64,000 nucleotides of DNA from NCBI RefSeq assembly GCF_030684315.1, contig NC_081360.1, positions 51,159,424 to 51,223,423 of the forward strand, given 5' to 3'. Below are positions 37,881 to 46,884 of this stretch, in pieces. The notes under the pieces were generated by a model. The model was given only the letters and a program-made list of their open reading frames with translations, was not told the DNA's origin and made no database searches. Position 1 is the stretch's first letter, and every line of letters starts with the position of its first letter. This stretch comes from Stegostoma tigrinum. Taxonomy: Eukaryota. The position numbers and the translations under genes are program-made.

Positions 37881-40500
37881 CTACAAGATTAAAACTGCAA
37901 TGAAAATAATTAGCATTAATACAAAGAATACAACAATAGGATGTCTCATCAAATTAATGATCACAGTGGCCTTTGGGGACTAACGCTTAAATACATATCT
38001 CACTCCTGATGTACGGTCAAGGCTGTGATGGAACCAGCAAATTGTGCCACCTGACTCAGGCAACCAGAATATTTTCTATGTTTTGTTTGTCAGATAATCA
38101 ATTGACATTATTTGCTCTAAAATTCAGTATGTTCCAGATTCAGGTCCCTTAATTTGTGTTTTTTTTCATCCTCCAGTTCCCTATCCACAGATCATCTCAC
38201 CCAATAACAGTAAAATATCATACATGTACTCAAAATTTCTCCAACTTTCTTCATCAGTATCTGTCTTGAGGATATTTCTCCAATATGTTTCCCTCCTTGC
38301 CAATTGTATGAATGATTGTACCATTGAGTAGTAGCTACCTACAAATGCAGGTACTCCTTTTGAGCTACAATACACATGGCAAACATGCATCATACAAATG
38401 CTCAAGATGGGGTATCTGCATGTCATCGGACGGGTCCTTTCACTCAATCTATTCTCGATGTTTTAAAGTCAGTTTCTGAATGGATTTATTTATCTCTCCA
38501 CATATGGTCCTGATGCCTTGGGTACTGGTTTGATTACCAAATCAGTTCTCTTAAAAGGAAAGACAAGGACACAAATATTACCAAGAGAAAGCTATTAGTT
38601 TTCTGCTCTCATCTAAACCTCCACTTCACTACTGTAACATTTTAACCTGAATTGCTGCTTCTACCCATTTTTTTGTCTTCTGCCGCCCGTCTTCATCTTT
38701 AATTACTTTATCTCATCCAATTTTGCAACTTAACTATTACCACCATATCTAATTCTAGAGACCTGTAGAGATTTGTAGTCCGTGAAGCATAATCTAATAA
38801 TATTTTAAAACAGAAGTCAAACATTTCTGTTTGATTCAGGCACAATATACTTTGTTTGGTCTTTTTCAAAGATGACCCACTTGTTTAAAAGTTACTTGAT
38901 GACTCATTCTGGATACTTGACATATCTCTATGTAAATTTGTTCACATTCAATATTCTGTTTTCTCCTTTTAAGTCACTGACAATTTTTAAGTATTGAGCT
39001 GTTGAGATTTTGCGCATGCACTTTATCATTTCCCAGAATCCATTTAAATTTCCAGGTAACTATCCTGTTTAAATAGTTTAGAATACCAGGGCATGTGGAT
39101 CTTAACATAGTTTTTGTCATGATATGCTTAAGTGTACCCAATCTCAGTGGTTTTGAGATTCCTGACACTCAATGCAATTAACATTTCCACGGTACTTCCC
39201 CAACACTGACGTGTGTTGTTGATGAAGAAATTGATGGATTGAGGGTGCCTCATCCATCACTGCATTGCGAAGTTGAAATTCTGCAAATGGGTTCAGCATC
39301 AGGCTCTCCAGTTTCTGAAAAAACAACCTCCATCCATTCCATATCAAGCAGAATGGGTGAATTAATATTAATTGCCTACGGATTCAAAAAGGGGTGGGGT
39401 GTAAACTACTGCATATAATTATATCATCAGTCTCTCCTCCTTCTTGAAGGAAGGAAAAGCCTAGCCCATTGTTAAATATGCTTTTCCTAAACTCCTAGGA
39501 CACTGAGTTGCAATTTCAACATTCCAATTTTCCTATCACTTGGATATTAATAATAAATCAATCTTATCATCCAGAATAAAAGATTCACTCATGTTAAAAT
39601 GGGGAGGGAGGGGAGGCTATGGCCTCATGGTATTATCGCTGGACTATTAACCCGGAGACCAAGATATTGTTCTGGGGACCCATGTTTGAATCCTGCCATG
39701 GCAGATGGTGGAATTTGAATTCAATAAAATATCTAGAATTAAGAGTCTAACAATGACTGTGAATCCATTGTCAATTGTTGGAAAAACCCATCTGGTACAC
39801 TAATGTCATTTAGGGAAGGAAACTGCCATCCTTACTTGGTCTGGCCTGTATGTGACTCCAGAACCACAGCATTGTGGTTGACTCTTAACTGCCTGCTGGG
39901 CAATTAGGAGTGGGCAACAAAATGCTGCCTGGTCAGTGATGCCCTCATCCTGTGAATGAATAAAGGGGAAAAAAAACAATATTTGGAAGTTCACCCTGGC
40001 TAGAAAATGAAATTCCAAACATGATAATTTCTGGGATTAAAATTTACCCAAGTCCAAACACACCACGGAGCTAATTCCAAAAGGTAAATTTTTACCAAGC
40101 TTTATGAACCAAATTTTTGAATCAACGTTTCGCAGATGTTTGCTTTACGCAACCATTGATGGTTTCTTAAAAGGACATTACATTAACTGCACATGGTCCA
40201 CACAGATACGGGCACACAACACACTTTCAAATCACCACATATTCTCAACATGCAAACTCAAACTTCAAAGTATCCCCAGATCTCAAGCTCTAGGAACCAA
40301 AAGACACACATTGTACTAGATGACATTTAGCAACCAACAAACAAAGGTGCATTCAAACCAGACCACAAAAGTTAACACTATTCTTGAAAATATTCTGAAT
40401 GACGTTTGAAGGTCATTGTGCAATTATTTCTGACATTGCTCATTAATAATTGTATGGGCTTGAGCAGCTTGATTTTTGTACAGAATTTGGTCTTCCATTG
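37881..40500 (-). pseudogene. env-like pseudogene with stops and frameshifts
   Basis: hydrophobic N-terminal stretch at about 40325-40385, basic sites RRRR (39433-39444) and KRRKQ (38956-38970), C-terminal SPKATVIINLMRHPIVVFFVLMLIIFIAVLIL. Confidence 0.62.
39601..39976 (+). mobile_element. tRNA-derived SINE nested in the env
   Basis: decayed A/B boxes, core shared with 35710 and 63305, gggcaattagg...tgaatgaataaa tail. Confidence 0.78.
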
Positions 40501-41362
40501 ATTTGCACTGTGTTTCTCAGAATGGAGACCTTTCTCAAGTGAGCTGCATCAGCATCAGATTGAATCACTTCTGCTAATGCAACTCATGTCTCTTCTATAC
40601 TCGCAATAGATTTGGTGGTGAATTTCTCAGTTTTTGAAAAATCTAGAGGAGGAGTAGGAGGAGGAGGAGCACAAGATGCAGTAGCTGGTTGTCCTGTTTG
40701 AGAATATTCCCTTACATCCTGTAGTTCTTGATACTGCGGATGTTGTCTGTTTAGTTTTATAATTCCACTGTGTGCTCCAATTGATGCCAAAGGTGCACAG
40801 TATTCATTCTCTGGTGCAATAAATGAATCTTTTTTAAGGTTACCCTTTATCACCGATTCTTGGATTTTTCTAAGCCGTTCTTTGACTTGCCCTGATTGGA
40901 TAGCTTCTGTTGGAGAACTTGTAAGCACTCATCTTTCTGTACAGGATTCTGAGCAATGGGTTTGAATTTCTTGACAGGCCCAAACATGTTGGTATTGGGT
41001 TTGATATTGAAGCAATCAGTGTGAAAGGAAGGTTAATGTTCTGACTGTGTCACAAATGCTGTTTCTGTAACTGGGGAGGATACAGTGGATATTGTAGGCA
41101 GATTTGAGGCATATAAATTATGTGAGGTGCAATTTCCTTGTTTCATAGCTGTAACATGACTTTTAATTGAATCTGAAAATAAAAGATGAAATTGGATTGA
41201 TTGCAAAAGTCACAGTTGTGTTAACTGACTGATCATGTGGAGCACAGGAAATCAAGACATTTTTCATAAAAGGTGACTGCATTTTACTTTGCGGAATCTG
41301 CCTATCTGCAGTGGGACACTGCTTTTCAGTAGGAAATGCAAACACATTTTTAACAAATGAAT

Positions 41363-41453
41363 GAGAAGGGCCTCGGCCCGAAACATCAGCTTTTCTGCTC
41401 CTATGATGCTGCTTGGCCTGCTGTGTTCATCCAGCTCTACACCTTGTTATCTC
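41363..41453 (+). mobile_element. PLE terminus fragment nested in the provirus
   Basis: gaagggcctcggcccgaaacatcag core; 14-bp TSD tttaacRaatgaat at 41349-41362 and 41454-41467. Confidence 0.8.
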
Positions 41454-41559
41454 TTTAACGAATGAATTCTGATTTGGAACAGATTGAGCTTGTATATGTA
41501 TTATCATGTTTTCAACACTTCCTGTGTTGGAGTGGAATGCAAACCCTGTCTTCAGTGGG

Positions 41560-44004
41560 TTTTCCTTTCCTCCATCCACAACTGTTTTGATCTTCCTTAC
41601 TTCCTTACACTTCGGAGAACATTGCATTCTCCACATAGTGTAGATGGCACTTGTAGGTATTCCCGGTGTCTTAACTCCTGCTTTCACTAATGCCATGAAC
41701 ATTTCCCTTCTGGTTATCTTTTCTTTCACCTTCGAGCCCACCCCATCTCCAACTTGTTGTCCGCACAGGAGGCTGCTGAGTAAGATAAGGGCCCATGTGT
41801 TAGAGGCAATGTGCTAGCAATGCATTGAAGATTGGCTGTCTGGCAGAAAGCAGAGAATGGGGATAAAAGGGTCTTTCTCAGGATGGCAGCTAGTGACAAA
41901 TGGTGTTCCGCAAGGGTTGGTTTTGGGATCACAACTTTTCACTTTATATTTTAATGATCCAGATGAAGGAACTGAGTGCATTCTGGCTAAGTTTACAGAT
42001 GATGCAAAGATAGGTAGATGGACAGGTAGTATTAAGGAGGCAGGAAGGCTGCACGATTGGGCTAGGTTAGAAGAGTGGGCAAAGAAGTAACAGATGGAGT
42101 ACAATGTGGGGAAAGTGTGAGGTCATGCACTGTGGTAAGAAGAATAGAAACATGGACCATTTTCTAAATGGGAAGAAAATTCAGAAGTCTGAAGTGCAAA
42201 GAGACTTGGGAGTTCTAGTCCAGGATTCTCTCAAGATAAACTTGCAGGTTGAGTTAGGAAGGCAAATGCAACATTGCCATTTATTTTGGGAGGACTTGAA
42301 TATAAAAGCAGGGATATAGTTCTTAGGTTCTATAGGCTCAGATCAGTCCATGTTTGGAGTATTGAGTGCAGTTTTGGGCCCCATATCTCAAGAAAGATGT
42401 ACTGGCCCTGGAGCGGGTTCAGTGGGAGTTCACGAGAATGGTGTCAGGAATGAAAAGCTTAACATGCAAGGAATGTTTAAAGACTCTGGGTCTAAACTCA
42501 ATGAAGTTTAGAAGGATTGGGTGGGAGGGATCTAATTGAAATATTGAATATTGAATGGCCTGGTCAGAGTGGACATTGGAAGATGTTTCCATTAGCAGGA
42601 GAGACTAGTACACTTGCACACAGCTTTAGAGTAAAGGGAGGACGTTCTGGAATGGAGATAAGGAGAAACTTCTTCAGCCAGAGAGTGGTTAATCTGTGGA
42701 ACTGACTGCTATGGAAGGCTGTGGAGGTCAGGTCATTGAGTGTATTTAAGATGGAGATAGATAAGTTGTTGATTGTCATGGGGATTAAGTGTTACATGGA
42801 GAAAGCGGGAGAATGGGGTTGAGAAACTTATCAACCATGATTGAATGATAGAGCAGAACTAATGGGCTGAATGGCCTAATTTCTGCTCTTATGTCTTGTG
42901 GTCTTATGGTCTTATTGCTTGCTTGGGTGGACCTTACTCTATGGTTACCAGCCCCTACATCTTCTAACTGATTAACAGCAAACATACCTGTCCCACTGCC
43001 TGCTCCCTGCCTGGCCCTAATAATGCTAACAAGGCACCTCTTATCCATCCTGGACTCTGAAACAGTGGAGAATACGCACTGGCATGTGTAGCCAAATCCC
43101 TGAAACATTTTATTTTCTTCTGGTATGCTGTCCCATTTTTCAACATCACATTCCCAAGCTACTGGGGAAGGGTCCTTGTTTCCTACTCTAGCATCAGTGC
43201 ATTCCATAATGATCCAGTTTGCCCTGTGTTTCTAAAGACACTATTCACATGTGGATCAACATGTAGTGTTCCCAGATTCCCTTGCTCTGTTGTACTCAGC
43301 GTAATAAGGGCAGCACCCTGGACCCATGACAGCATCAGCCAAGAGGGCAAGGGCTCGCCTGACTTCTTAAAGTGTGACCACAAATCCTGCAATTTGGACA
43401 AAGAGTAATCTATCTCTATTGTTGAATTGTTTGGATTCTGTCCTCCTACCTGTTTTGCCTTATTTGTTATTACTATGCGTTGTGCTAGTACTCCGTTCTT
43501 TGAGGATAGCTCCAGAGGTGGAGCATCTCCTTTCCCGTCTGTCAAGTCAGACTCTGAAGCAGATGAATATCAAATGTCTCCATCCCAATGGCTGGGTTCC
43601 CATTGTGAAGTTAATAACACGCACACTTTGGGTCAACTTTCCAATTGCGCCGTTTTGCTCTCTTTCTTCCGCTGTAAAATCACCAGATGGCATACTGCCT
43701 GGTTCTGTTTCTCCTGTGCCTTCTCAGCTCTCTCCTGTGCTGTCTTAACTCCTTCTGTTCGGGTAATGTTACGCTGCTGCTTGTTTTTGGCCTGGCACTC
43801 TTCCAATTTCCTACATGTAGAACACAAAACTGTTAACAATACCCATCCCATTTGTGGTACACTGTCCTTACTTTTGTGGAAGGCTGCCTCCTGCCAGCAT
43901 TCATGTACAGTAGCCTCTGTGAATAACCGACCTTTCTCTCTTTTTCTGGTTGTAATCATCCCCCATTCTTGTGGGGGTCCTAACTGTGCTAGCAAGTTAG
44001 CCAA
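41560..44004 (-). pseudogene. gag-like pseudogene (ERV-L type), split by a CR1 insertion
   Basis: ORF pieces 43633-44004, 43183-43545, 42964-43149 and 41427-41741 match recalled ERV-L Gag motifs in the right order. Confidence 0.72.
41760..42915 (+). mobile_element. CR1 LINE 3' portion nested in the gag
   Basis: PHRRLLSKIRAH, GVPQGLVLG, KFTDDAK, RRNFFSQRVVNLWN, (ggtctta) tail. Confidence 0.88.
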
Positions 44005-44098
44005 AAACCCGAATTCTGAGTCTGCTGCGTTTCATCCTGGAATATGGAAAATCTCCAGAACATCAGGTTGCCTTTCCTTCTCTTAAATATTTTCCTAA

Positions 44099-44116
44099 AT
44101 CTGATTCTCATCACCG
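44099..44116 (-). promoter_or_regulatory. Putative primer-binding site, tRNA-Ser(GCT)-like
   Basis: minus strand CGGTGATGAGAATCAGAT versus expected TGGCGACGAGGATGGGAT (12/18), 4 nt from the LTR edge. Confidence 0.45.
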
Positions 44117-44120
44117 AAAA

Positions 44121-44711
44121 TATCTTGGATCATAGCATGTATCCGAACAGTTCTTTTCAGATTTGGATAAATATAACTAAGAGAAGGTTCAACCACATTA
44201 ATTTGCTCAGACATGAAAGTTTATTAAGTAATAATAGTGATTACAATGGTAATAATAAATATTGTAGTGGTAATAATAAATGGAAGAGAAAAGGAAAAAA
44301 ATAAACAAGTCTCACACCCTTCTGGAAAAAGTACAGAATCTCATGCCCTCCAGCCCATCAGGGGCCCCTTAATTGATCGTTGGTCGAGAGGCTGAGGTAG
44401 TTTCTGGCACTGTTCACAATTCCAAGCCGAAGAAAAATCCCGTGCTTTGGAACAAAATTCTGTCTCGTATATAGTGTGACAAATTGCCAGCACAAAGAAT
44501 GCAGACAGAGAAAACAAAACATAGCTACAAAGAAACAAGTTGCAGGTGCCATCTTCAGCCCATATGGGAATGTTAACAAGACTCATCCACAGTGATGCAG
44601 CTTGTCGAGTATAATCGACAATTTTAGCCATTCAACCCATCCTATACAATCAATCTCCTCATACAGCTGTCAAATATCATTAAATTTTAGCCTTCAGCCC
44701 TTCCTATTCCA
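44121..44711 (-). repeat. 5' LTR of the provirus
   Basis: direct repeat of 37234-37788; TATATA at 44468-44473; minus-strand AATAAA at 44220-44225. Confidence 0.82.
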
Positions 44712-45305
44712 AGGTGAGACCAAGACCTTGTCTGAGTCAGGCTGACCGTACAGAGGAGGAGGAGTGCACATGAAAATGATGGGGTAGGGTAAAGGAAAAG
44801 ATGTGCTTGGGTTAAAGCCCAGAAGAGGGGTGGCATCTCTGATAGGAACAGGGTAGCCAAACGTGAGACATCCTATCCCTGAACTTATGGCCATGCGCCA
44901 GCTCTTATTGGGCAACTTATGCACTTAGTATGTTCTTTTCATTGTTTCTTGGGAGTTGTAAAATTGAGACAGTCATTATTGTCACGCCTGATCCTACAAA
45001 GCAACTTTGAAGTTACTCGTTAACTATGTTGTTCTTTCTGGTGAGCATTGGGCTGGTTAAAATTAATCTTGAAAATCGCAGATTCATGAATTAAGGTTAA
45101 GCTTCAATACATACATTGTTTCTGTTTTAATCTTCATAACTGGAAATCCTTATTCAACATTATTTGTGACGTTCAATATGGAGAACTGCATGTAGAATTT
45201 CTGCTTTTCCATTTATGCATGTGCTCACCTTAACCCTCAAGTGGACGCACAAAATAAAATGAGCATTATATTAAAACATGCTGTCGACTTCCTCTCATAT
45301 TACAG

Positions 45306-45394
45306 ATAAATTTGAGGACAACCTACGATCAGGCTACTTTTGGAGACCAAAGGGTGTGGAGCTATGTTTTGGAATCAAACATTATGCTGGCAAG
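45306..45394 (+). CDS. MYO3B: MYO3B exon ([30 protein letters not shown])
   Basis: tacAG / GTataa; 89 nt, phase 1 to 0; HYAG motif; [12 protein letters not shown] favours MYO3B over MYO3A. Confidence 0.96.
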
Positions 45395-45439
45395 GTATAA
45401 ACAATTTCTAAAAGAGGAAAAAGACCGATAGTTAAAATG

Positions 45440-45603
45440 AGATAAAAAAGTATAAAGCTGAATGAACACACCTGGATGACCCTTCTTCAGAAACCTGAAA
45501 CATCAGCTTTCCTGTTCCTCTGATGCTGCTTGTCCTGCTGTGTTCGTCCAGCTGTACACCTTTGTATCTCAGATTCTCCAGCATCAGCAGTTCCTACTAA
45601 CTC
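45440..45603. mobile_element. Degenerate palindromic PLE-terminus insertion
   Basis: short inverted arm plus a plus-strand terminus with tail; no clear TSD. Confidence 0.6.
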
Positions 45604-45664
45604 TGAATTGATATTTAAAATGCCATTCTTTCGTATTAGCTTTAATAAAATGTTCAGGAGACTC

Positions 45665-46575
45665 ATTGTCATACTGCACAGAAACAGACCTTTCTGTCCA
45701 ACACATTCATGCTGACCAGGTTTCCTATACTGAACTATCTCCATTTGGCTGCATTTGGCCCTATTCCTCTAAAGCTTCCCTAATCATGTACCTGTCAAAA
45801 TTTCTTCCAAATATTGTAGTTGTACCCTCCTCTACCAGTTACTCTGGCAGTTCATTCATACACACACCACCCTCTGTGTAAAAAAGTTGCCCCTCAGATC
45901 CCTTTTAAACCTTTCCCATCTCATCTTAAACCTAGTTTTGGACTGGTCTACCCTTCGAAAAATACCTTGGCTATTCACCCTAGCCATGCTCCTAATGATT
46001 TTATAAACCTCGATAAAGTCACGCCTCAGCCTCTGACACTCTAACTAAAAATGTCCCAGCCCATCCAGCCTCTTCTTATAACTCAAACCTTCCGATCCAG
46101 GCAAAATTCTTGTAATTTTTTTTCTGTACTCTTTCTACCATAACAACATCTTTACTATAGCAGGGTGACGAGAATTTTACACAGTCTTCTAAAAGTGGCC
46201 TCATAATGTACAGCTTCAACATGACATCACAACTCCTATACTCAGTGGTCTGACCAATGAAGGCAAGTGTGCCAAATGCCTTCTTTACCACTCTGCCTAT
46301 CGCAATGCTACATTCAAGGAGCTATAAACCTGCACCCCTCGGTCTCTCTGTTCAACAACACTCCCCAGGGCTCTATCAATAACTGTGTATGTCCTGCCCT
46401 GGTTTGCCTAACCAAAATGCAACACCTCACAATCATCTAAATTATCAGTACTTCTCAGCCGTTTGGCCCATGTGATCCAGAGCTCATTGTACTCTTGCAT
46501 AACCTTCTTCACAGTCTACTGGACTACCAATTTTGACGGCATCCACAAACTTACTAACCATACTTCCTATATTCT
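45665..46575 (-). mobile_element. CR1 LINE 3' portion
   Basis: VKKAFGTLAFI...RPLLEDCVKFSSP...ERVQKK on the minus strand. Confidence 0.82.
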
Positions 46576-46754
46576 CATCCATTGATATAAGTAATGAAAT
46601 AATTGTGACTTGATATAAAATATTGTGTACTTTCATTTTAAAACAAAATAGCTTCTATCTCTATCAGGGTATTTGTAATTTCTGACTGTAAAATATGATA
46701 ACACAGAATAATGGATGTTCCAGTAATATTCTGTTGATGTTCAATATTTAACAG

Positions 46755-46884
46755 GTTTTTTATGATCCATGTGGTTTCCTTGAGAAAAACAGAGACACAC
46801 TTCCTGCCGATGTAGTAGTTGTACTTAGAACATCAGAAAATAAATTGCTTCAGCAACTTTTTTCCAGCCCACTCACTAAAACAG
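46755..46884 (+). CDS. MYO3B: MYO3B exon ([43 protein letters not shown])
   Basis: aacAG / GTagg; 130 nt, phase 0 to 1; EKNRD motif; [18 protein letters not shown] is the MYO3B-type sequence. Confidence 0.96.

Larger units (their letters stand above)
37234..44711 (-). mobile_element. Decayed class III (ERV-L/ERV-S-like) endogenous retrovirus lacking pol
   Basis: two direct repeats, TSD (a)aggt at 37229-37233 and 44711-44715, PBS-like and PPT-like sites, gag-like and env-like peptides. Confidence 0.82.

Noticed and set aside
39386-39403. Plus-strand PPT-like aaaaggggtggggTGT inside env
   Set aside because: No LTR or second boundary follows it; it may be chance.
43427-44086. 219-aa plus-strand ORF
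   Set aside because: It is the antisense shadow of the gag region and has no recognisable motifs.
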